NCBI GenBank assembly: GCA_043228905.1
Contig: JBHGNT010000003.1
Span: 10,354,001-10,418,000, forward strand
Reading direction: 5' to 3'
From: Azolla caroliniana
Lineage: Eukaryota; Plantae; Polypodiophyta
DNA: 64,000 bases
A model generated the notes under the pieces. The model saw nothing but the letters and a program-made list of their open reading frames with translations, searched no databases and was not told where the DNA came from. Position 1 is the first letter of the stretch, and each line of letters begins with the position of its first letter. Position numbers and translations under genes: made by a program. Of this stretch, positions 23,498 to 34,241 are shown in pieces.

Positions 23498-24642
23498 TCT
23501 TCATCTAATTGACTAAGGATTTCAAATTTATTTGAGATACTTGGGCTATTAGTACTATGAATACTATCAAACACTCTATTAGTACTATTAATACTATCAG
23601 ACACTCCTAAGGGAAGAATTGACTCGGGTTTAGTACAGGCTACAATTTGATTTACCTGTCTTCTTGGCCTATGGGGACAATTGATTGCGATATGCCCTGG
23701 TCCACCGCAATAAAGACATAATCGATTTGCACGTCGTCGTTGCTTTTCTTCTTCCGATAACGGGCCGCGTCGACGCATGGTATCGATCTCCATCGGTGTT
23801 GAAGTATTTGCTTGAGGTATGTCTCGTGCAAACGGTTTAGCCGCGACTGCGGCATAAGTGGGCTCTGGCCTAGCGCGTGGTATCTGTAATTGACGTTCCG
23901 AACGCCGTTCGAAAAGGCGGTTGTCACATCGGACCGCTCGACTGATTGCCTCCGTAAGAGACTTTGGTTCTTCGGGGAAAGTTAGAAGTAGATCTTTGAC
24001 ATCGTTTCGTAGGCCATAGCGAAACTGCTCCATTAGTGCTTGATCATCCCAGGGTATGTCTGAAGCGAGTAGGCGGAAATCCGCCACGTAGGCAGAGGCT
24101 GGACGATCGCCTTGACACAATCGCCGGATCTTGTTGATCGTCGTCCTGATGTTGTCGATGTCTCCAAAGCAGGCTTTGAACTCACTAATAAAATCTTCAA
24201 AGTTATTAAGCAAGGGCGATTGTTTTTCTAGGAGCGGAGCGAACCATGCTAAGGCTGATCCGCTAAGCAATGTGCCTATTAAGCCGACTCGGGATGCATC
24301 AGTGGGGTATCGGGAAGGATGCATTTGGAGGACTAATCGTACCTGATTAAGGAATCCCTTGAATTGCGATCGCGTTCCATCAAATTTCACAGGAAGTCCA
24401 ATCTTCGGCTCTTTATGAAATCCTTGGGGACTTGATCCTTGTTGTTGCAATGCCGCTTCCAGTTGTTGCACCTGTAACGCTAACTCCCCATGTTGTTGCT
24501 GCGTTTGTTGCTTTTCTAGAGCGATTTGTTGCAGATCCCCTATCAGCCGTTGGTTTTCTTGTTCCAAGGCAACAAATTTTTCTTTTAAGCATTGTAGCTC
24601 GGAGAAAACGGATTGATATTCTTGGGCGCTAACAGTAGCCAT
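23485..24642 (-). CDS. Gag of chromovirus G
   Basis: First ATG at 24642 (MATVSAQ); EPKIGLPVKFDG, retrotransposon capsid, CLYCGGPGHIAINC knuckle; PEG10/sushi-like. Confidence 0.93.
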   Translation of the reverse strand: MATVSAQEYQSVFSELQCLKEKFVALEQENQRLIGDLQQIALEKQQTQQQHGELALQVQQLEAALQQQGSSPQGFHKEPKIGLPVKFDGTRSQFKGFLNQVRLVLQMHPSRYPTDASRVGLIGTLLSGSALAWFAPLLEKQSPLLNNFEDFISEFKACFGDIDNIRTTINKIRRLCQGDRPASAYVADFRLLASDIPWDDQALMEQFRYGLRNDVKDLLLTFPEEPKSLTEAISRAVRCDNRLFERRSERQLQIPRARPEPTYAAVAAKPFARDIPQANTSTPMEIDTMRRRGPLSEEEKQRRRANRLCLYCGGPGHIAINCPHRPRRQVNQIVACTKPESILPLGVSDSINSTNRVFDSIHSTNSPSISNKFEILSQLDEELND

Positions 24643-25186
24643 AGTATAGGAAAAGGGTAGGAGGAAAAATTGGTTCAAACTGTCAAGAGTAGTACTAAAG
24701 CAGAGATGGAATTAGTACTAAAGAAGAGCAGTACTATTAGTACTAAGAGGATGGGACTGCGTAAGATTCCCGAGAGAGGAAGTGAGAAGAGAAGAGAGAG
24801 AGAGAGATAGCGAGAAAGAGAGAGAGAGAAGGATGATGACAACAGCTCTTATATTATGTGAAAAGATAAGTACAAATCGGCTACGAGGCTTAAGATTGGC
24901 GTTGAACCAATTTGGTTCAAAACAATGCCTTGTGCCTCCTTTTATAGTGTTTTTAGGAATAATCCTGAAGCTTCTAGAATGTTCTAGAGAGATCTGGAAT
25001 ATACATCAATTTTCTATGATAAAACATAAATGAAAATAATATCCTACAAATTACAATTCATAGTTTAATGGTAAGAGCTCGACCCATGTAGCATAAAGTC
25101 ATGGGTTCGAGTCTTGCCATATCATGACAGGACCTTGTACTTAGGTGGGATATTCTAGATTCTCCACTCCTAAGTACATTTAATAT

Positions 25187-26815
25187 AGGTGCTTCGTTGG
25201 GTTTGTTATGGTTCTTCTTCGAAGTGCGTTGATAGCAAAGGACTATTTCAACGGCCTCTTCGAAGGATTTGGGATTCTTATCGTGCATTATCCAATGATA
25301 GTCTGAATTAGGGATGCCATTGATAAAACAAGTTATTAACCAATTGTCCCCTTCTAGACCCGATTTCCCCAAATTGTCCCTTGAAAACCTTGACAACGTT
25401 TGTCTAGGTATTTGGCAATTTCCCCAAAGTGTGGAGCCCACGCGACCGGGCTACAACCTTACCCCCTAGTTCTCGACCAACATATGCAATCTTCGTACTA
25501 TCTGGCTTGGGATAGAGCTCAAAATGAGACTCCCATCGGCCCAACCACGTGCTGATTGCTTCAAGTTTGATTCTTTCATTTTTTTCTCCCATAAATGGCT
25601 TTATGACAAACAATGGTTCGCCTTGACGCTCATCGGGGTTGTATACTAAAAACACGTTGTCGTGTGAATCTTCACACACTATGTAAAAAATAATGAAATA
25701 ATTATTATAGATTATATTAGTAGCTTACTATAGAAAGATGGATATACTCAAGAGCTTCAAAAAGTATTTTACTATATACAAAATGGAGAAATACATATCA
25801 CGTTATGTGAAAATAAAGTTTGAGAAGATAGGGAAATTAGAACTATCCCACATAGATAGGAAAGTTAAGGCCCTGGCTATATAAGCACCTTGAGCTCCCT
25901 CATTTTTCATTTGTGCTAAGAGCACTTTGGCCACTTTGTCTTGATGGATGATGGTGGCCAAATTCCCTAAAACCGGAAATCGGCCGGTAAACGTTATGTT
26001 ACAGAGTGTTGATGAACTTTGAGTGTGTTCACATTACATATTCTCAAAGGTGTGTTCACACACTAGACTAAGTTAAGTTTGATTCTCAACATCCTCCCTT
26101 CTTTACACTCTAAATTAATCCTCACACTTTATCCTTGTGTGTAGAATACTACGGTACAAGTTACCACTGGATAAATTATGCTCATGCTCGTAACACTTAT
26201 TGTGCACAAGGCAATAATAGTCTAAGTTTGAATGCAATATAGTAAACAAGAAATTTGGAACTATTGAAATTGGGATGGAGCTTGAAATGAGACACACATC
26301 TAATAAAACCAACTGTTAAAAGCTTATTCGGTTCTTCCTACTTATTTCTCATATAAGGCTTCAAGGCATTGGATAGTTCACCATGTAGTCTTTGTATTAT
26401 GTGGATGCCATCAACAAACGAGTGAAGTGAAACGAAAGACTTCAATATGATGTTTAAAATATAGCAAACACAAGCAAGATGAAACATATGACTAGCTAAG
26501 TATATATGATTATGTCATCACGGGAATAACAATAGAGGTGCTAGCATGTGTCATCTCTAATTAGGAGGATCTCATGACCAATTCATTGATGTGAGCCATT
26601 ATAGTGTGTTTACACATAAATTGGCAAAACTTAAGCAATCATTCTAACTAAAAAAGGTAGTGTTTGAACTTTGCTCGGTAACAATATTCGAGAAATGATC
26701 TCACGTCAATAACCCTCCAAACATATGAGATAATTTTTGAGAATCAAGATACTATGGTAACACTAAGGTGTTTTAAAAACTACAGGGGTGACATAAAATG
26801 TCTTTATAGGATCTC
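25187..26815 (-). mobile_element. Fragments of older D-family Gypsy copies (gag 25187-25657, LTR start about 26090-26195, leader piece about 26690-26815)
   Basis: KSGLEGDNWLI...PKSFEEAVEIV matches gag at 32700-32850; 26090-26195 resembles 40530-40632; 26690-26815 resembles 33520-33640. Confidence 0.75.
25658..25990 (+). mobile_element. Truncated LTR of the 40633-48988 Gypsy family
   Basis: Close match to 40633 to about 40965, starting TGTCGTGTGAATCTTCACAC; preceded by ACGT. Confidence 0.9.
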
Positions 26816-26826
26816 TATTTTGAGTG

Positions 26827-28330
26827 TGTTGGGAATTCAGTCCCTCCAGATGTGACTGATCGGACGAGTCGAAGGAAGGAACCGGATCGGATGGATCCGG
26901 TGTGAACCGGATCCAAGGACATATCTGTAAATATGTTTCTAGTGTGCATGTCATGGCCATATTTGTAAATAGTCCTAAAGTCATATAAGTATAAATATGA
27001 CTTATTGCAACCACTTTTGTTGAGTTGAAGAGTTGTATGATGCTAGTTATGATTATCGTTGTATAGACACACACAGAGCTCGAGAGAGAGAGAGCACGAG
27101 ATACAGAAAGTTTTCTGTTGTAACCGCCAGTAGGTGAAGACATAGGGCTCAAGGTTGTTGCCTCTGAGTCTTGCATTGTATCCTCTTCTTATAGTGATAG
27201 TTAGAGTCTATGGGCTCACGTGGTTTTTCCCTATTAGGGTTTTCCACGTTAATATCTTGTGTCTAACTTATTTCTATTTCCTATTTTCTTCCATTGAGTG
27301 TTTAAGACTCGGTTGTAGCGGAGCACCATTTCTGGACAATCTGGTATTAGAGTGAAAACTGATGGAAGATTCATTCGGAATCATCTTCAAGCTCACCGGC
27401 TCCAACTATCTTGTGTGGAAGTCGAAGATGAGGGACATGCTTGTGGTCAAAGATCTCTTGCTACCGGTACAATTCGGGGATAAGAAACCGAACAAGATTG
27501 ATGCCACGACGTGGGAAGTGATGCACATGAAGAAGACCGCATACATTCGATGTTTCATCGACATGAGCCTATACAACAACTTCAACGAAGGAAGTAAGGT
27601 CCATGTGGAGAGTAGAAACGCCGTAAATCGGGTTTCGGCATTCCGGAAGTTACTGAGACTCTGGTACCAAGACGGATCTAGCATGGCGGAGCACATGAAT
27701 GCTTTCTAGGGGCTCATAAATCAAATAACTTCGCTGGAAATACCTCTAGCTGATGAGGTACTTGCGTTGCTCCTGCTCCGTTCCCTTCCGGATAGTTGGG
27801 AGACGCTAGTTGTCACTTTGGGGAACGTCGGGCTGGAAGGAAAACCCCTTAAAAGGGTAAAATCAAGCTTGTTGGATGAAGAAGCTCGTCAGAAGGACCG
27901 GGATTCCGGAACCGATTCGAAGGCCCTCATCACAGAAGATGACTATAACCGGGGAAGAGACCGCAATCAGAGTCCCCAAAACCAGCACAAATTGGGGACG
28001 AGGTCAATGTCAAGGGGGAGGCCCACTTGCTTTCATTGCATCGGGGCACTTCCAGAAGAACTGCTAACACTTCTGGAAAACCAAAGGGGGAGCTGACATT
28101 CCAGAACCGAAGAAGATTTCAGAAAGGAGAGGAACATCGGCGATCATGACAAGTGAAGAAGAACTGCTGCTAATCACCGAGGAGAGTGAGTTGCATCTTG
28201 TCAGCAACGAAATGAGTTGGGTGGTCGACTCCGGAGCGTCGTTCCACATGACTCCCGACCGTAAGTGCTTCTCATCATACAGAGCCGGAGATCACAGTTC
28301 TGTCTGGATGGGAAATGAAGGTGCATGCCG
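26827..28330 (+). mobile_element. 5' fragment of Copia E: LTR 26827-27338, PBS, disrupted gag and protease; fused to the storage-protein gene promoter
   Basis: TG...CA LTR similar to 59802-60272; degenerate PBS TGGTATTAGAG at 27342; gag KLTGSNYLVWKSKM, SLPDSWETLV; protease WVVDSGASFHMT. Confidence 0.9.
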
Positions 28331-28411
28331 CCATGTGAATATAAAGCTGGAGGGTGCAATGTCAATACAATCCATTAGGAGACAAGCACTCGGATCATAA
28401 GGATAATCGCA

Positions 28412-29197
28412 ATGGCAAAGCTTACTTCCGTATTCCTCATGGCCGTGATCATGCTCGCCACATGTATCGTGGCCAATGCTAGGTCCGTAGGGCGGGACCG
28501 TGAAGAGGAGCGACGCGATCGACGTCGTGAGGGAGACATTGACGAGGAGAGGCGCGATCGACCCCGAGACGGGGAGAGCGATGACGAGAGGCGCGAGCGA
28601 CGTCGTGAGGGGTTCCTTGAGGAGGGGCACCGCTACAGAGATAACAAGAGAGACTCTGAAGAGGAGAGGGAACGTCGTAGCCGTGGTCGCGATGAGCCAC
28701 GTGACGAGGAACTGAGGCGAGAGTGTGGTGATTTCATCGACAAGCAGATCCGAGAGCTACAAGAGCGCTCCGAAAGAGAGGAAGGTGAACAAGGACGTTG
28801 CTCCCCATGGATTGAAAACACTCGATACTCAAGACCCTCAGAACGATGTTGCAGGAACGTCGAACGAATCCCCGCCGAAGATCACTGCGATCGCCTACGT
28901 CATGCCTTGTATGCTGATGAGGAGGACCGACGCAATGATGAAGACCGCCGCCATGGCCAACAATCAAGGGAACACCGTAGGTGGGAGGAAGAGGACGAGG
29001 AGCGCGAGAGAGATAGCAGCCATGAGCAACGAGACGGTGACAAACGCCGCCACCGCATGTCTCGACGACAAGAGGACGAACGCCACCAACGTCGCCAATT
29101 CAAGGCCGATGACGAGGAAAGAGCTCTAGGCGTCGCCACCTCCCGCCTACTCCAACAGTGCGATTTTCGCCCTCGTGCTTGTATTCGTCGCTTCTAA
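28412..29197 (+). CDS. Secreted Arg/Glu/Asp-rich 2S-albumin-like (prolamin superfamily) storage protein, copy 1, intact ORF of 261 aa
   Basis: Hydrophobic signal peptide (about aa 1-23); LRRECGDFI, ERCCRNVERI, DHCDRL and RLLQQC..RAC match the 2S-albumin Cys2, Cys3/4, Cys6 and Cys7/8 contexts; IEN processing motif; about 63 Arg (hand count); TATAAA at 28340; intronless; paralogs downstream. Confidence 0.82.
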   Translation: MAKLTSVFLMAVIMLATCIVANARSVGRDREEERRDRRREGDIDEERRDRPRDGESDDERRERRREGFLEEGHRYRDNKRDSEEERERRSRGRDEPRDEELRRECGDFIDKQIRELQERSEREEGEQGRCSPWIENTRYSRPSERCCRNVERIPAEDHCDRLRHALYADEEDRRNDEDRRHGQQSREHRRWEEEDEERERDSSHEQRDGDKRRHRMSRRQEDERHQRRQFKADDEERALGVATSRLLQQCDFRPRACIRRF

Positions 29198-29270
29198 ATA
29201 GTACATAAACCTTGTTCAAATTATTCTAAGTGTTTACGAACAAGTGCGTCTCCCCGATCGCACATTACAC

Positions 29271-32200
29271 CCACATGGAAGACTGGATGAATTCCAACAC
29301 CATCGGGAAGAGCGAGACAATAGGCTGATGACCCAATGCGTTTGAGGACTGTAAAAGGTCCACAAAACCATGGGGCTAACTTAGCACACTTACCCGTAGA
29401 CAATGTCTTAGAATTGTGAGGTACACATAAAAATACCTTCTGTCCAAGGTTGAATACACGAGGTTGCCTATGATGATCGGCATAAAAACACGCTCTATCT
29501 TGAGCTATTTTTATATTATCTCGTGCAATATGCAACATATCTTGCATATCCCGAAGAAAGTTTTGCGTACTTCGCAACTCATCATGATGTATATTAACAT
29601 CAATCGAGGCTCGTGGCTGAAAACCATACATCAACATAAAAGGACTATATCCCGTCGATGTATGCTTGGAGCTATTATAAGCAAACTCCAAAATTGGGAG
29701 ATAACGTTCCCATTTTGTTGGTTTTGCACCAACGTATGCTCGAAGCATGTCCTCAATAATTTGATTTACTCGTTCTGTCTGTCCAACGGAATGAGGATGA
29801 TCCGTGGAGCTCATGCTCAACGTAGTTTCTAATTTCTTAAAGACTTGCGTCCAGAAGTCACTAGTAAACTTTGGATCTCGATCACTCACGATATCCATTG
29901 GTAACCCATAAAAACGAAACAATTCGTCAACGAATTGGTAAGCCAATTCAGGAGTTGTTATCGTGGTTTTAGTAGCAATAAATCTGGCCATTTTAGTTAG
30001 TCGATCAACGACAACCCAGATGGCATCATGACCTTTTTGGGTGCGAGGAAGGCTAACAATAAAATCCATGGATATACTTTCCCACTTATTATTGGGAATG
30101 TCCAAGGGATGTAAAAGTCCTGCGGCTTTAAGTCGCTCGGCTTTGTTAACCTGACACTGGTGACATTTAGTCACATAGCTATGTATGTCAAGACGCATCT
30201 TAGGCCAATAAAATTGAGTGGAGATGAGAACGAGTGTATGATGTATTCTAGGGTGCCCTGCTAAGGGTGCAACATGGCATTCAAAAAGAATCCTCTTTTT
30301 GACCTCGGGTAAATCTGGAACACAAACCTTCCCATTACGGTAGAGAAAACCGTTAGCAATGTGGAAGTATTCCTTCGAGGATGTGATGGTGTCTGTTCCA
30401 GACTCAACTCTTGCCCAGTATTTTGCAAAATAACGGTCATCAGGATACTTTCCTCGAAGGTGATCATAAAGATCTGATGTTATTTCAGTGACGCTAAGCA
30501 TGTTAATTTCACGGATGCGACTTAGTGCATCAGCGACAATGTTCATGGAGCCTTTACAATATCGTATGGAAAAATCAAAGTCCTGGATGAGATCAGCCCA
30601 TCGTGCCTTACGACCTTTTAGGTCTTGTTGGTCACAAAAATATTTCAAGGACTCGTGGTCCGTAGTTACCACAAAGCGATTTCCATAAAGATAATGGCGC
30701 CATGTTTTGAGCGCATGTATAACTGCAAATAATTCATTTTCTTGAACGGTATACCGACATTGAGCAGAATCAAGTTTCTTACTCTCGAATGCTATTGGTT
30801 TACCATCTTGATACAAGACAGCACCTATAGCATAATCGCTTGCATCGGTTTCAACCTCAAAAGGTTTTGAAGGATCAGGTAAAAGAAGTGAAGGAGCCTT
30901 GCAAACCAAGTCCTTGAGTTCCTTAAAGGCGAGGTCTAGTGTAGCATTCCAAACAATAGGTTTTGTAGACTTACGTGTTTGACCTTTTAAAAGATCAGTA
31001 AACGGCGTCATCAATTGGGAGTAATTACGAAGAGACTTTCGCAGAAACCCGACAAAACCAAGGAATGATCGAACTTCTCGAATATTCCGAAGAGTGGGCC
31101 AAAGCTTGATTTTCTCAATGCGAGAAGGATCAATTTCAACTCCTCGTTCGGTTATGAGATGTCCTAGATAAGTAATTGATTTCTTGAAGAACTCACATTT
31201 TGAGATCTTTGCATAAAACTGTTTGTCACGCAATGTTTGTAAAACAAAGCGGACATGTCTAACATGTTCTTGTAATCTACGGCTATAAACTAAAATATCA
31301 TCCAAGAAAATAACGACAAATTTTCCAAGTTGTTCTCGGAAAATGTCATTCATTTCTTGTTGAAAAGTAGCCGGAGCATTGGTCAAACCAAAAGGCATAA
31401 CCAAAAACTCCTAATGGCCATAGCGCGTACGAAATGCCGTTTTAGGAACATCGTCCTCACTTATTCGTATTTGATGGTAGCCAGTACGGAGATCAAATTT
31501 CGTAAAATACCGATCTCCCTGGAGACGGTCAATTAGATCGTCAGCCCAGGGAAATGGGTACGAATTCTTGATCGTCACTTTATTCAAGCGTCGGTAATTA
31601 ATACACATACGCCATGTGCCCTCTTTCTATTTAACCAAGAGAACTGGTGCACCCCATGGAGATTTACTATAACGTATATAACCCATTCGTAAATAGTCCT
31701 TGAGTTGCTTAGATACCTCATCTTCTTCGGATCGACTTAAGCGATACGAAGGTATACTTATTGGTGCAACACCAGGTACAATATCTATACGATGGTCTAT
31801 ATTACGTTTAGGAGGTAACCCATCAGGTAGTTCACTTGGAAAAACATCATGAAAATCATTTAAGATTTCATCAAGTTGTTGTTGTTCAAAATATGTTAAT
31901 TGAATCAGGACATTATCGATATTGTAAACGTGAATGTCCGGATCAAGTACACAATAAAATAACGTAGAACAAGACAAGTCGGATATTGATGGACACGAGG
32001 AAACAATAGAGAGGGATTGTTTTTTTACACATTGAATAAAATGCGTACAATCGTTCAGTACAAAAGAAATGGAATGGCGAACCCAATCAATAAATAAAGA
32101 AGAGTTTTTATTATAAAACCAGGGATAACCCAGTATTACATCGGTGGTACAAACATTCATTACATGGAAGTCTACTTCCTCTATATAAGTATAAATAGAA

Positions 32201-33420
32201 ATTCCTAATGAATGAATCGCCCCGTTGATGTATTGTACTCTTCCATCAGCCAAGTGCACCGTGTAGGTATGATCACTTACGGTGGGTTGGATTCCCCATA
32301 TCTGAACCAAACGATCATTCACAAAATTGTGTGAGCTTCCCGAATCAAATAAAAATTGTATGGGAGATCCATTGATATACCCGTTTGCACGTAGTAAATC
32401 ATTGGGACCCAATACATAGTGAGGGAAAGAACATTGACAATTACTTAAATGATGTGTATAGACCTGAAGGACATTAGGAATCTGACCTTTATGGTCTGCA
32501 GCTTTAGCTTTGTTGTCGTGCTCTTTCCGTTGGAGCTTTCGACATTGATCTTTTGTATGACCCTTCTTTTTGCAGAATACACAAAAAGGATGTTGTCGCT
32601 TACAATCGCGATCCAGGAATTCGTTGGGTGTCTTGCGTTTCCCAACAAATTGTGACTGCTTAGTCCCGGGCGCTTCGTTGGGTTTGTTGTGGTCCTTCTT
32701 CGAAGTGCGTTGATAGCGAAGAACTATTTCAACGGCCTCTTCGAAGGATTTTGGATCCTTATCGTGCACTATCCAGTGATAGTCCAAATTGGGGATGCCA
32801 TTGACAAAACAAGCTATCAACCAATTGTCCCCTTCTAGACCCGATTTTTGGATTTGCGTTCTGGCATGGTGAACATAGTCTTCTAGCGAGGAAAATTTCC
32901 TCTTACAGAGGTTCATTAAAGCTTGTGCTGCCTCGGTTCGAGAGGGAGGTTGAAGAAATTGGCCCTTAAAAACCGTGACAAAATCTGTCCAGGTATCGGG
33001 CAATTTCCCCATAGTACGGAGCCCACGCCAGCAGGCTGCGGCCTTACCCCCGAGTTCTCGGCCGACATATGCAATCTTTGTACTATCTGGCGTGGGATAG
33101 AGCTCAAAATGAGACTCCCATCGTCCCAGCCATGTGCAGATTGCTTCTTCGGTTCTTTCCTTTTTGTCTCCCGTAAATGGCTTAACGACAAACGATGGCT
33201 CACCTTGTCGCTCATCAGGTCTATTAGTCTCTCATTGTAAACTAATGACACGTGCCTCAAGAGCACTCTGAGATTGCCGAAGTTCAGTCATTTGTTGAGC
33301 GGTGAAACTAAGGTATTGGGTTATTTGTGCCAAATACATCTCAGTGGACATTTGTCCAGGAGGATTCCCTTGAGTTCCTTCCGCTTGAGCGGATGACATC
33401 GGGTCGTTAATTTGAGCCAT
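29271..33420 (-). pseudogene. Disrupted gag-pol of Gypsy D
   Basis: CVFCKKKGHTKDQC knuckle, FDSGSSHNF protease, FLDD RT, TDASD RNase H, integrase, GPF motif; stops at about 31627 and 31411 and frameshifts in gag. Confidence 0.92.
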
Positions 33421-34122
33421 TAAAGATTATTTCTGGAAAAGAAATAGGATAAGGTCAGAGAGATAGTCATAACATCATGTCGTGATGTAAACATATCATG
33501 GGCAAACATTAATCGATATCATGATCTCACGTCAATACGCCTCTAGACTTATGAGATGAGGTTCAAGATCAGGTTACTATGGTAACACAAAGTTGTTTTA
33601 AAAACCATGGGGGTGACAAATAAATGTCTTTCCCTTATCTCTATATCGATTTTTTCATGGTGGCTCCCCGAGGCTCAACCATGTATGTTCGCGTCATGAA
33701 TAATTGCGATGGCATACGCCAAAGTGCAACCTAATGGTTAAGCCAAATGAGCCTTCGTTTCGTAGTAGGCCCACGTGGCCCATCACATGGTCACGTCATT
33801 ACAAATGCCTCTCGTAGGAACGAGCTCATGGTGGCATCGTATCCATGTAACGAGGGAGGGATGTTGGATACGTGTGTCATTGGAGCGACCTCACTTGAAG
33901 TGGGTCAAGCCCTACGTACTCAACATCATTATGGCTATACGCGTTTCTTTATGTAACGAAATCGAGGTCATCAACGGGTTTGTCAACAATCAAAAATTGT
34001 TGAAAAAGGGATGGAGACAACGCCATTCTCACAAAAATGTAAGGACGGCCACCAACATCCTTTTCCCGACAAGGACAACTTTCGATATAATCACGTAATA
34101 ACGAATATACACATATGTTTAC

Positions 34123-34207
34123 TGTTGGAAGCAATGTCGTCAGTGCGGAAGATCAAGAAGCACTCGTTCCCTGTTTATTCCCTGCGTATGACAGATTGTA
34201 TGTCGTT

Positions 34208-34241
<34 letters not shown>

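Larger units (their letters stand above)
19458..25129 (-). mobile_element. Full-length Ty3/Gypsy chromovirus G (Tcn1/sushi-like); LTRs 19458-19904 and 24681-25129
   Basis: TSD GGACC; TG...CA LTRs differing by about 10 substitutions plus one AG indel; PPT just outside 19904; no tRNA PBS; separate gag and pol ORFs; chromodomain. Confidence 0.96.

Noticed and set aside
26196-26690. AT-rich unassigned segment
   Set aside because: No ORF, terminal repeats or internal homology I could support
28146-28400. Protease-albumin fusion protein
   Set aside because: The Copia frame stops at 28400, before the ATG at 28412
28725-29129. Overlapping alternative-frame ORF recurring in the gene copies (…MMKTAAMANNQGNT…)
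   Set aside because: Expected from purine-rich R/E/D codons and recent duplication; non-ATG start and no recognisable domain
29221-29270. C-terminal tail GVMCDRGDALVRKHLE on Gypsy D pol
   Set aside because: Read-through past the deletion junction into the antisense 3' flank of the albumin gene
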